In this document: positions 47,535 to 57,509 of the stretch, one piece after another
Layout of the letters: each line of letters opens with the position of its first letter
Position numbering within the stretch: position 1 is the first letter of the stretch
Virus record (IMG/VR): IMGVR_UViG_3300010883_026915
Coordinates: 16,015-80,014 of that record
Reading direction: 5' to 3' (one strand)
DNA length: 64,000 nucleotides
From: a virus
Program-made: the position numbers and the translations under genes
The notes under the pieces: generated by a model
Told to the model about the DNA's origin: nothing
Seen by the model: the letters and a program-made list of their open reading frames with translations, nothing else
The model's database searches: none

Positions 47535-50096
47535 ATGGCAATAGTTAAAATACCCAAAGAAAGGGAAGAATATTTTACATTAACAACTCACCCAGATGTT
47601 ATTTATGTAAGTGGATGTAACCCATCAGTAGTCGAAGGAGCAATGTCTCTAAGGGGCAGGTCAAGCCCAATAGTAAAAGAGTATATTGCAGTCAACGCAT
47701 ACTATGAGTTGACAGATGATTGGCGAGCAGGCACAACATCAAGACCGTGGAACCTAAGCGACTTCGATATCCCAACCAGCCTGGGCACCGCCTGCTGGGA
47801 CCGCGCTGTGGCTGATTTTTACGAAACGACAGCTAATATCTCAAAATATATTAAAGTCTACATGGCTGCGGCGAACGCCGCACCTAGATCAATATCTGAT
47901 ACAAAAAATATTTATATTACAAGATTTGATACACCATTTCTTTTCAACAGCACAGCAATAAAAAAGTCAATTATTCAAAATAACTTGATGAAATTTTATG
48001 AGTCAAGATATGACTTATGCGAAATGTCATATACAAACTATCATACATTAAATTTCTTTTCAGCACCAGATGTCGCAGGTGCACCTGAAGTTGGTGAGAA
48101 TGCAAGACTCCCAGACGACAGCGCAATAATATACCAGAATTTTGGCGGCGGCAGACCTCCGGATACAAATCCATATTATGTTACTGGTGCATTTTCTATT
48201 CATTGCTATCTTAATGCAAGATACACAAATGAAAGAATCGGCAGCACTTTTAACCCATATACTGCAGGTACAATTATGCACCTGTCTTCATCATATGCTC
48301 TTTCACTGATATCAGGTAGTCGTAGAGATCAGAATGGCAACGTAAACGGATATAGGCTAATGCTACAGCTTAGCCACAGCGCAGATATTGCGCCAAGAGA
48401 TGTTAATATTAATGCAGTTGATGCTGGAACAAACTCATACCCAAATGATTTAATATTTTTAACTGAAGATAATTCAATATCTAGAAACTACTGGCATAGT
48501 GTTGCTGTAAGGTGGGGAACAAAAGAGTATAATATGGGAACAGGTAGCATTGATATTGACAGCGTTGCAATGTCTACTTTTGTAATTCCGTCTGGATCGA
48601 TATTACCTCCTGCACACATATCGCCACCTAAGGGTTTGTTTGTTGGAAATTACAGAGAGGGCCCGCCAGGGCCTAAGCAGGATGGTAAATTTTTTAATGC
48701 AAAGGCACGTATTAGGGAGGGTATTAACCCAAGTATCGATATGGGTAGTGATTCTGATAATCAAGATCCTACAACTGTTACACTTAGACACCCCTTGAAT
48801 GCTGAGATTCATGAAGTTAAAATATATGACAAGTATTTAACTAATAAAGATATAATAGATGTATCTAAAACATCACCGAAAAATTATAAAAATCTAAAGT
48901 TTTATGTTCCCCCTTTATTTACTCACGACTTTAAGAATGACATCAGGGATACACTTCTTTCACAAACTAGATTTTATCCGACTGCTTCAATACACCCTTT
49001 TAATACAATGTTCTCTTTTAATGTGGGTGGCTTTGATTTTAATCTTGAAAAACATACAATTGATAATGCAAACGGATACAAGCCAAGGCTTTATAAGTTA
49101 ACTGGCTCTGCAGATATCCCTGTGCCATCAGCAGGATTAACTGCAAACGAAGCTATGTATAGACAGGGCACGCTAAAGAAGAGAAATTTAACATGTCTTC
49201 CCTGCGATAACGGAAAATTTAAACCAGACTACCCGTCAGGTCCAGGACTCGGTCAATCTTTTAAAAAAGTAAAACGCCAAAACGGTTGTCCAGATCCAAG
49301 TATTATACCTCTAGATCCCATGGTTTCTGACAGTCATGCTCTTGCCGGGCTTCCTGTGGTGACGGCAAAAGCTCTCTGGCTGGAGTCAATGGCCTCCATG
49401 GCAGACTTTGAGGCAGAACCATCTCCGGATGATCCGTCACCAATTGTTTATGGAGTGCTTCCAGCTATGGTAGATCCTTTAGGCGTTGTTACTGGGGAAA
49501 AACCAGCATCATTTAGCTCTCCAATATTCACAATATTTCAAAAAATGAGAGATACAAGCTCTAGAGAGATTTGCTTTTTCAATATTTCAAATATATACTA
49601 TGGAAATAAAATTCTTGAAAACACTTTCTTTGTCAATGATGAAGATTTAAGCGGTTCTGATGGTAAAGTTAAAATAACACTTAGGGATAACGGAAGAGGA
49701 GGCTTGTATAGATGTGATGCAAGTACTAAGCATCCGCAATGGGCAAATATTGGAAATATTCTATACGAAGAAGGAATTGTTTTTGTAAAATCTCCAATAT
49801 TAACATTATTTGGAAAAGATAAATTTGAAACAAAGTTCAAAGGTGAGCAAAATATACACATTAAGAGTCTTAATATAAAAATTCCAGCAGGAATGATGAA
49901 TAGTTCAAGTAATCCAGGATACAAAATACTAAGTGCATCAGAAAGTCCAAGCGACATTGGAGAGAGATTTGTCTATATAGATAGTATAAACATACATGAT
50001 GAAAATCTTAATGTTATAATGAGAGGTACTCTTGCACAGCCTATAAAAAAGAGAGTTGATGACGAGATGGTTATAAGATTTAAGATGGATTTTTAA
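47535..50096 (+). CDS. Virion protein with LamG-like domain; C-terminus paralogous to 46285-47520
   Basis: YWHSVAVRW...LNAEIHEVKIY (LamG-like); IGNILYEEGIV...NSSSNPGY...YIDSINIHDENLNVIMRGTLAQPIKK...IRFKMDF. Confidence 0.65.
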   Translation: MAIVKIPKEREEYFTLTTHPDVIYVSGCNPSVVEGAMSLRGRSSPIVKEYIAVNAYYELTDDWRAGTTSRPWNLSDFDIPTSLGTACWDRAVADFYETTANISKYIKVYMAAANAAPRSISDTKNIYITRFDTPFLFNSTAIKKSIIQNNLMKFYESRYDLCEMSYTNYHTLNFFSAPDVAGAPEVGENARLPDDSAIIYQNFGGGRPPDTNPYYVTGAFSIHCYLNARYTNERIGSTFNPYTAGTIMHLSSSYALSLISGSRRDQNGNVNGYRLMLQLSHSADIAPRDVNINAVDAGTNSYPNDLIFLTEDNSISRNYWHSVAVRWGTKEYNMGTGSIDIDSVAMSTFVIPSGSILPPAHISPPKGLFVGNYREGPPGPKQDGKFFNAKARIREGINPSIDMGSDSDNQDPTTVTLRHPLNAEIHEVKIYDKYLTNKDIIDVSKTSPKNYKNLKFYVPPLFTHDFKNDIRDTLLSQTRFYPTASIHPFNTMFSFNVGGFDFNLEKHTIDNANGYKPRLYKLTGSADIPVPSAGLTANEAMYRQGTLKKRNLTCLPCDNGKFKPDYPSGPGLGQSFKKVKRQNGCPDPSIIPLDPMVSDSHALAGLPVVTAKALWLESMASMADFEAEPSPDDPSPIVYGVLPAMVDPLGVVTGEKPASFSSPIFTIFQKMRDTSSREICFFNISNIYYGNKILENTFFVNDEDLSGSDGKVKITLRDNGRGGLYRCDASTKHPQWANIGNILYEEGIVFVKSPILTLFGKDKFETKFKGEQNIHIKSLNIKIPAGMMNSSSNPGYKILSASESPSDIGERFVYIDSINIHDENLNVIMRGTLAQPIKKRVDDEMVIRFKMDF

Positions 50097-50638
50097 TGAT
50101 TGTACTTGGTCTTGATATATCTACGAGTTGCACAGGTTGGTGCATTCTAAACGACAAAGTCCAAATAATCGATATTGGATATATTGATACAGGTAAGGAA
50201 AAATGTATTTTCAAAAAGGCAAATACTGTAAAATCTAAGCTAGAAAAAATAAATAATTCTCATAATATTGAAAGAATATTTATCGAGGAGAATTTACAAT
50301 CTTTTAGAAGTGGATTTTCATCTGCTCAAACACTTTCAAAGCTTTCAAAATATAATGGAATTATATCTTATATATGCAATGAAGAATTTTTAATTGCACC
50401 TGAGTTTATAAATGTTAACAAGGCAAGAAAAACAGTTGGCATAAAACTTAAAAGAAAGAAGGATGGAGGTAAAGATACTAAAATACAGCTTTTGGACTGG
50501 GCAAAAATAAACGTAAGATTTGACTGGCCTGATAAAATTTTAAAGTCTGGCCCCAGAAAAGGTCAGAAAGTTACTGATCAAAGAGCATATGATATGATTG
50601 ATGCTTACATAATATCTGCTGCTGGGCTTGTAATATAG
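50096..50638 (+). CDS. RuvC-like Holliday junction resolvase
   Basis: IVLGLDISTSCTGW, IFIEE, DMIDAY catalytic acidic residues. Confidence 0.8.
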   Translation: MIVLGLDISTSCTGWCILNDKVQIIDIGYIDTGKEKCIFKKANTVKSKLEKINNSHNIERIFIEENLQSFRSGFSSAQTLSKLSKYNGIISYICNEEFLIAPEFINVNKARKTVGIKLKRKKDGGKDTKIQLLDWAKINVRFDWPDKILKSGPRKGQKVTDQRAYDMIDAYIISAAGLVI

Positions 50639-50662
50639 AAATAAATTAAGTAAAATTACTGC

Positions 50663-51625
50663 ATGGCAGAATTTTCTACAGATAGACACAGGATTGAATT
50701 TATAATATCAGCATTTGGCGATGCAAAAGTTGCCAGAGATGGTAAGAACGTTGCAGTAAAATGTCCTAGCTGCGGCGAGAAAAAGAAGAAATTTTCAATT
50801 AATATACACACGTGGATGTGTCACTGCTGGGTTTGTGGTATAAAAAGTAAAAATCTATACTATATTTTAAAAAAACATATAGGAGAAAGTACTGCAATAA
50901 GGTTTAAAAGTCAGGCAGGAAAGATAACAATAGATGAAAAGATAGATGATTGTAGTTTGCAAATTGTTGAACTACCAGAAAATACAATCATGCTAGCATC
51001 ATATTCAGGTCTAGATCCAGATATTCTTGCAACTAGGGCCTATTGTACGAGAAGAGGAGTAACAGTTAGATCAATGTGGTACTTTAAGATATGTGTATCT
51101 AAAAGTCCACAGTTCAGAAGAAAAGTTATAATACCATCATTTGATAAATCTGGAAAGCTAAACTATTTTGTATCTAGAACAATAGACAGAAATGGATTTC
51201 CAAAGTATATTAATTCAAAGGTAAAGAAGACTAATATTATTTTTAATGAAATGAATATTGACTGGCAAAAAGAAGTTTCAATAGTTGAGGGACCTTTTGA
51301 CTTAATAAAATCAGATCAAAATTCAACATGTATACTAGGTTCAAAACTATCTGAAAAAAGTGCACTGTTTAACAAAATAGTTGAAAACAAGACACCTATT
51401 TTGCTTGCGCTGGATGCTGACATGAAATCTGAATCTCACAAAATAGCAAAATCACTATCATCATTTGGAGTAAGTGTTAGAATTATGGATCTAAGAGGAA
51501 AACTAGATGTTGGTGATCTATCAAGCGATGAGTTTAAAAAATTAAAAATTAATTCAACAACATGGTCAAGTGATATGGGTTTAAAATATAAAATAAGATC
51601 AATAAAATCAGGTTCTATTTTTTAG
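50663..51625 (+). CDS. DNA primase (zinc-binding domain plus TOPRIM)
   Basis: CPSC...CHCWVC zinc finger, IIPSFD.SGKLNYFVSR, KYIN, IVEGPFD, LALDAD, DVGD. Confidence 0.88.
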   Translation: MAEFSTDRHRIEFIISAFGDAKVARDGKNVAVKCPSCGEKKKKFSINIHTWMCHCWVCGIKSKNLYYILKKHIGESTAIRFKSQAGKITIDEKIDDCSLQIVELPENTIMLASYSGLDPDILATRAYCTRRGVTVRSMWYFKICVSKSPQFRRKVIIPSFDKSGKLNYFVSRTIDRNGFPKYINSKVKKTNIIFNEMNIDWQKEVSIVEGPFDLIKSDQNSTCILGSKLSEKSALFNKIVENKTPILLALDADMKSESHKIAKSLSSFGVSVRIMDLRGKLDVGDLSSDEFKKLKINSTTWSSDMGLKYKIRSIKSGSIF

Positions 51626-51659
51626 AGATATTTATATATGAAAATACATCGGAGGTAAA

Positions 51660-52019
51660 GTGAACCGAAAAGAGTTAAGAAATATTATTGTTGAAGAAGT
51701 AAAAAAAATACTTCAAGATGATGCTTTGTTTAAAGCTGCAGATAGTGCTGGAATCTTAGATAAGCATGAAATACCAGGAGACTATAATAGCGACGGTAGA
51801 AATCTAAGCTATGGGAATATAAAATCTACTGATCGTGAGGGTCGATCTACAAAAAAACAGCTTTACTATATCTTTAGAAAATCTCAAAGTCTTTATGATA
51901 TGCTTGATGACGATGATGATCTTCCAGAATGGGTTCAAAGCAAAGTGTCTCGAGCAGCAGATAAAATCCAGACTGTATATGAATATCTTGAATATAAGAT
52001 AAATACAGGAACCTATTGA
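51660..52019 (+). CDS. Hypothetical phage protein (possible internal head protein)
   Basis: N-terminal MNRKELRNIIVEEVKKIL leader; DDDDLPEWVQSKV; GGAGG RBS. Confidence 0.7.
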   Translation: MNRKELRNIIVEEVKKILQDDALFKAADSAGILDKHEIPGDYNSDGRNLSYGNIKSTDREGRSTKKQLYYIFRKSQSLYDMLDDDDDLPEWVQSKVSRAADKIQTVYEYLEYKINTGTY

Positions 52020-52082
52020 TTTGTACATTTCAATCTATTGTGAAATAATTAATATGATGATATTATTATACAAGTTTATAAA

Positions 52083-55000
52083 ATGAAAATAATTCACATA
52101 GCTGATATTCACTGGAGAGGTTTATCTAGACACGATGAGTATACTGAAAGCTTTGAAGATTTTTTTACCCAGTGCAAAAGTTTAAATCCAGATATAATTT
52201 ATGTCGGTGGTGATATTGTACACTCTAAAACGCAAGGTATATCACCAGAGCTTATTGATAGACTAAGCTGGTGGTTTACATCGCTTTCAGAAATATGTCC
52301 AGTTCATGTTATATTGGGAAATCATGATGGCTTAATGCATAATAAAAGCAGACAAGATGCAATTTCACCAATAATATCTGCACTTAACAATCCGAATATA
52401 TTTTTATATAAGAAATCAGGTGTATATCCAACAGGATTTGAAGGTGTTAACTGGTGCGTATTTTCATGCTTTGATGAAGAGGGCTGGAAAGACGTAAGAC
52501 CTGTTAAGAATGAGATAAATATTGCATTATTTCATGGAGCTGTGTGGGGATCAAAAACAGATATTGACTGGGAGATAGAGGGTGATGTAACCGTAGATCT
52601 TTTTGAAAGTTTTGATTACTCACTTTTGGGAGATATACATAAAAAACAGTATCTTGATACAAACAAAACAATAGCATATTGTGGGTCAACAATTCAACAA
52701 AACTATGGTGAAGATACTGGAAAAGGATTTCTATTTTGGGAAATAAATGGAAAAAATGATCATACAGTAACTTTTCATAAGGTTGAGCACAAATCTCCAT
52801 TTATAACAATAGATTGTGATGGTGATGTCAATAGTGTAATAGAAAAAGCAAGAAAGTATGATCCTGGCGCTAGAATTAGAATAAGATCAAAAAATCTTTT
52901 AACACATGCAGCTTCACAAGAGATTTCATCTAGAATAAAGAGAGACCTTGGAGCTTCTGAAGTTGTATTTAAAAACGAAAACCAATTTAATTCAAAAGAT
53001 TATTTAATTATAAATGACGGAGAACGAGATCTAGACTTAAGAGATTTATCAACTCATTTATCATTATTTAAAAAATATTATAAAAATTCAGGCTCTACTG
53101 AGGAGCAGCTAGAAGAGCTCGATGTACTTGTTGAGAAATATTTTTCAAGTGCATTTTCTCATGATGAATCTTTACGAAATGCTCAGTGGCAAATTGAAAA
53201 TATTGAGTTTGATAATCTTTTCTCATATGGAACAGGAAATAAAATTGACTTCTCTAATAATCAGGGAATAACTGGAATATTTGGTAAGAACACAAAGGGA
53301 AAATCTTCAATAATTGGTGCTTTGATGTATTCAATGTTTAATACTACAGATAGGGGCCCTATAAAAAATCTTCATATTATAAATAGTAGAAAGAATTTTT
53401 GTAAATCTTCGCTAGATATAAAACTAAACGGAGAAATATTCAATATAAATCGAGGAACAGTTAAGCATACAACAAGGAAGGGTGATGTGTATGCATCAAC
53501 CTCACTTGAATTAAAAAGATTATCTATGTCTGGAGATGTAATAGAAGATCTTACAGAGGAGCAGAGGAGAGAAACAGAAAAAACTATTAGAAAGCTTATA
53601 GGAACAGCTGAAGACTTTCTTATGACATCACTAGCAAGTCAAGGTGGTATGAATAGATTTTTAAATGAAGGTGCAACAACCAGAAAGAACATATTGACAA
53701 AGTTTTTAGATCTTGAAGTGTTTGATAGGATGCATGAACTATGCAAGCAAGACTCTGCAACAATAAGAGCAATGTCAAAATCAATAAAAAAAGAAGACTG
53801 GGTACTAAGAATTGATGAAACAGCTAGTAATATAGATCTAGATTTAGAAATTCTCAAATCTATTGAAACTGAGATATCAGACAGTAGAAGCTTAATTGCA
53901 GATCTTAGACGAAAGATGCACACAGGTAGCAAAAGTAAGAATGAATACTATACAAGAATACAAATAGAAAAAAAGAAAAATTATATAGCTGGTATTAATA
54001 AAAGAAAGAAATTACAAGAAATTGAACTTGACAAAGTGTTGAATAATATTAAAAACAGTTCTGAAAAGCTTAAAATGATAAGCGAAGTTTGCAACAATAC
54101 AGATATAGATGATCTTATAGTACAAAAGGGTATGAAAGTTGATCTTGAAAAAAATATAATAGATTTAGAAAATAAAAAGCTAGCTGCAGAGTCAAACCTT
54201 GAAAGAATAGCTGAATCAGCACGAAAGCTTGATTTAGTTCCATGCGGAACAAGCTTTCCTACATGCATGTTTATAAAAGGATCACATGAAGATAGGGAGA
54301 TATTATCTGAATCAGAAAAATCACTTTTGCTTGCAATAGATCTTCTGACAAATGTTAAAAAATCTCTTGATATTATATTAAGTTTAAATCCAGATGAAAA
54401 GATTAAAAAGTATAATACTCTAAAAGGGAAGGAAAAAGATATAACTCACAGTATTGAAATGGCTAGGGGAAATATTTCAAATATATCTGGTAGAATTAAA
54501 AATATAGACATAGAGTTATTATCTTTAGATAAAGATTTAAATAGAATGATTTTATTAGAGATAAAAGATGAAAATGATCCAAGATTTGAGTATCAAAAAA
54601 GAATTGACAGTATAGACTTGCGAATAGAAGACTCTGAGAGAAAGAAAGTAAAGTATATTGAAAAAATAACAGAAAGTAGAATATCATTAAATAATCTAAA
54701 AGATGATAAAGATAGGTATAATCAAATAAAATCACAGATGAAACTATATGATTTATTTTTACAGGCTTCTTCAAAGAAAGGAATACCGGCAAAAATTATG
54801 ATGTCAAGATTACCAATTATAAATTCTGAAATTTCAAATATTTTGCTAGGGGTTGTTGATTTTACAGTTTTACTAGAAGCTGATGAAAATAACAGTTCCA
54901 TGGATATTTATATTGACTATGGAGATAGTAAAAGAGTGATTGAGCTGGCATCTGGAATGGAGAAAATGATATCATCTCTTGCAATGCGTGTAGCTTTAAT

Positions 55001-55223
55001 AAATACATCTACATTAACAAAAACAAACATGATAATTATAGATGAGGGATTTGGGTCTCTAGACGCTACAAGCCTAGAGGCATGCACTAGACTACTTGAA
55101 TCTTTAAAGAAATGGTTTAGAAATATACTGGTAATATCTCATGTAGACGCAGTAAAAGATTGTGTTGATAACTCAATAGACATAGTAAAAAAAGGAAAGG
55201 ATTCATATGTCGAATTTATCTAA
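52083..55223 (+). CDS. Fused SbcD-SbcC (Mre11-Rad50, T4 gp47-gp46-like) recombination nuclease/ATPase
   Basis: HIADIH, GGDIVH, GNHD, LGDIH phosphoesterase motifs; Walker A GKNTKGKSS, long coiled coil, signature ASGME, Walker B IIIDEGFG, ISH. Confidence 0.92.
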   Translation: MKIIHIADIHWRGLSRHDEYTESFEDFFTQCKSLNPDIIYVGGDIVHSKTQGISPELIDRLSWWFTSLSEICPVHVILGNHDGLMHNKSRQDAISPIISALNNPNIFLYKKSGVYPTGFEGVNWCVFSCFDEEGWKDVRPVKNEINIALFHGAVWGSKTDIDWEIEGDVTVDLFESFDYSLLGDIHKKQYLDTNKTIAYCGSTIQQNYGEDTGKGFLFWEINGKNDHTVTFHKVEHKSPFITIDCDGDVNSVIEKARKYDPGARIRIRSKNLLTHAASQEISSRIKRDLGASEVVFKNENQFNSKDYLIINDGERDLDLRDLSTHLSLFKKYYKNSGSTEEQLEELDVLVEKYFSSAFSHDESLRNAQWQIENIEFDNLFSYGTGNKIDFSNNQGITGIFGKNTKGKSSIIGALMYSMFNTTDRGPIKNLHIINSRKNFCKSSLDIKLNGEIFNINRGTVKHTTRKGDVYASTSLELKRLSMSGDVIEDLTEEQRRETEKTIRKLIGTAEDFLMTSLASQGGMNRFLNEGATTRKNILTKFLDLEVFDRMHELCKQDSATIRAMSKSIKKEDWVLRIDETASNIDLDLEILKSIETEISDSRSLIADLRRKMHTGSKSKNEYYTRIQIEKKKNYIAGINKRKKLQEIELDKVLNNIKNSSEKLKMISEVCNNTDIDDLIVQKGMKVDLEKNIIDLENKKLAAESNLERIAESARKLDLVPCGTSFPTCMFIKGSHEDREILSESEKSLLLAIDLLTNVKKSLDIILSLNPDEKIKKYNTLKGKEKDITHSIEMARGNISNISGRIKNIDIELLSLDKDLNRMILLEIKDENDPRFEYQKRIDSIDLRIEDSERKKVKYIEKITESRISLNNLKDDKDRYNQIKSQMKLYDLFLQASSKKGIPAKIMMSRLPIINSEISNILLGVVDFTVLLEADENNSSMDIYIDYGDSKRVIELASGMEKMISSLAMRVALINTSTLTKTNMIIIDEGFGSLDATSLEACTRLLESLKKWFRNILVISHVDAVKDCVDNSIDIVKKGKDSYVEFI

Positions 55224-55461
55224 TATTGATAAAATTAGCATATTTTGTACTATTTGTCAGTATTTTACAATATCTTCGATTGATATAGATTCTAAAACAG
55301 AACATGGTGTTTGTAGACAGTGTGAGCTTGATATAGTTCAACCAAACAGAAAGGAGTGGAATAGCGGCTGGCGCCCAAGTATTGATGAAATACAGGACTA
55401 TAGGGAAAAAATAAAGAAAAGAGTGTTTCCAATTTTAAAGAACATACATAATTACTTCTAG
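55207..55461 (+). CDS. Small Cys-rich (zinc-binding) protein
   Basis: CTIC...CRQC...W..GWRP; overlaps the end of the SbcCD gene. Confidence 0.6.
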   Translation: MSNLSNIDKISIFCTICQYFTISSIDIDSKTEHGVCRQCELDIVQPNRKEWNSGWRPSIDEIQDYREKIKKRVFPILKNIHNYF

Positions 55462-55473
55462 GGGTTAACAATA

Positions 55474-55860
55474 ATGCTAAATACATCAGAAATAAATCAT
55501 TTAGGTCAAATTTGCAATGATACATGGGGTTATCCTGGAGGTTTGAATAGCAAATCTCCGTCTTCTTCATTGAAAATGTCATTGCAAGACAACAAAATGG
55601 TAGTAACATATTCTACAATAGTTCACATTGCTAGTGATAGAAATCTAAGAGATCAGTCAGGTAAATTTGAAGAAGAATCTATTTTACTAGTAAGACAATA
55701 TGTAAATAATATTAAAGACGAATTTAAAAAAGTTGCAGGCAGATCTTTAAAGTCAAAAGAAGAAGCAAGCCGTGATTCAATAGAGATAATATCCACTGAT
55801 CCAAGAGCTGCAAGAAGAACTGCATACTATAGAAGGTTTACTACATACGAAGTCGAGTAA
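55474..55860 (+). CDS. Hypothetical protein
   Basis: 128-aa ORF immediately upstream of the terminase. Confidence 0.7.
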   Translation: MLNTSEINHLGQICNDTWGYPGGLNSKSPSSSLKMSLQDNKMVVTYSTIVHIASDRNLRDQSGKFEEESILLVRQYVNNIKDEFKKVAGRSLKSKEEASRDSIEIISTDPRAARRTAYYRRFTTYEVE

Positions 55861-55862
55861 AG

Positions 55863-57494
55863 ATGGGACTACCTGGAAAATCAAAGCAGGTTGAGGAAAT
55901 AATACGTTGTGGAAAGCAGCCAGATTATTTTTTTAACAACTATGTTAAAATACAGCATCCTGTTAGAGGTCTAATAAAGTTTGATACATTTGAATTTCAA
56001 GATAAATGTGTAAGCACATTTATAGATGAAAGATTTTCAATAGTTTTAAAATCAAGACAGCTTGGGATGTCAACGCTTGCTGCAGCATACTCTTTGTGGA
56101 TGGCAATATTTCAAAGAGATAAAAATATACTTGTAATTGCAACAAAGCTTTCAGTTGCACAAAATTTTATTACAAAAGTAAAGACAATGCTTAGAAGTGT
56201 TCCTAAGTGGCTTGTAATGCCAGAGCTTACTAGTAATAATAAACAGCTTTTAGAATTTAGCAATGGATCTTCAGTAAAGGCAATTCCTACATCAGATGAT
56301 GCAGGAAGATCTGAGTCACTTTCACTATTAATTGTAGATGAGGCGGCATTTGTTAAAAACTTTGATGAATTGTGGATGGGATTGTATCCTACGATATCAA
56401 CAGGTGGAAGAGTTGTAATACTTTCAACACCAAACGGTGTAGGTGGACAGTATTACAAACTATATACAGATGCAGAAGCCGGTGTAAATGAATTTAAAGC
56501 AATAAAGCTTCCATGGGATGTTCATCCAGAGAGAGATAAGGAGTGGTTTGAAGAAACAACAAAAAATCTTTCAGATAGACAGATTGCCCAGGAGTATCTC
56601 TGTGACTTCGCAGCATCAGGTGAAACCTTTCTATCAAGCAATGATATAGAATACATCAGACAGACAGTCAGGCAGCCCATTGAAAGATCTGGACCTTCTT
56701 CGTGTGTGTGGACATGGAAGTATCCTCTATCAGAGCACGAATATATAATCTCAGCTGATGTTTCAAGAGGCGATTCACGTGACTATTCAACATTTCATAT
56801 TATTGATATAGATGAAAGCGAATGTGTTGCAGAGTATAAGGGCAAGATTCCACCTGATAGATTTGGAGAATTACTAGCTGAGTACGGGAAAAAATATAAC
56901 AATGCACTAGTCTGCCCAGAGAATAATTCATACGGATATGCAACAATTTTAAAATTAAAAGAAATTGACTATCCAAACATGTATTTCAAGAGGCGGAAAG
57001 CAGTATTTATAGGCGACTATATTCCAGATTGTGATCCAGACCTAGCAGGCTTTACTACTAGCGGAAGAACAAGATCACTAATTTTAACAAAGCTAGAAGA
57101 AGTTCTTAGAAATAAAATGATAAAAATTTATAGCACTAGGTTTTATGAAGAACTTAAGACATTTGTATGGATTGGTAGCAAGGCACAGGGAATGAAGGGA
57201 CACAATGATGATCTTGTTATGAGCTTTGCAATAGGTGTATGGCTGTTCGATTCTGTAGACGGATACAGTAAAAGTAATAGAGATATAAATGATGCAATGC
57301 TTAAGGCTATGTCAGTGACTAGAAATACCTATGATGACTTACCAGATGCAATACTTGACGGAAGGCCTCACAATAATAAAAACTCGGAAAATAAAAACAT
57401 AGATATTGGAAAAAAACAAAATAGAAATATTCACAGTTCAGACATAAAGAATAAAATAAGGATACTTAATGATTGGAAATGGGTACTTAAGTAA
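55863..57494 (+). CDS. terL: Terminase large subunit (T4 gp17-like)
   Basis: KSRQLGMST (Walker A), LLIVDEAAF (Walker B), LSTPNG, QEYLCDF, ADVSRG..RDYS, HNDDLVMS nuclease motifs. Confidence 0.95.
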   Translation: MGLPGKSKQVEEIIRCGKQPDYFFNNYVKIQHPVRGLIKFDTFEFQDKCVSTFIDERFSIVLKSRQLGMSTLAAAYSLWMAIFQRDKNILVIATKLSVAQNFITKVKTMLRSVPKWLVMPELTSNNKQLLEFSNGSSVKAIPTSDDAGRSESLSLLIVDEAAFVKNFDELWMGLYPTISTGGRVVILSTPNGVGGQYYKLYTDAEAGVNEFKAIKLPWDVHPERDKEWFEETTKNLSDRQIAQEYLCDFAASGETFLSSNDIEYIRQTVRQPIERSGPSSCVWTWKYPLSEHEYIISADVSRGDSRDYSTFHIIDIDESECVAEYKGKIPPDRFGELLAEYGKKYNNALVCPENNSYGYATILKLKEIDYPNMYFKRRKAVFIGDYIPDCDPDLAGFTTSGRTRSLILTKLEEVLRNKMIKIYSTRFYEELKTFVWIGSKAQGMKGHNDDLVMSFAIGVWLFDSVDGYSKSNRDINDAMLKAMSVTRNTYDDLPDAILDGRPHNNKNSENKNIDIGKKQNRNIHSSDIKNKIRILNDWKWVLK

Positions 57495-57509
57495 TAATAG
57501 GAAAAATTA

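Noticed and set aside
14403-50096. Diversity-generating retroelement explaining the variable patches
   Set aside because: No reverse transcriptase and no template/variable repeat pair seen; the patches show synonymous GC3 bias rather than adenine-specific changes. An RT outside the window cannot be excluded
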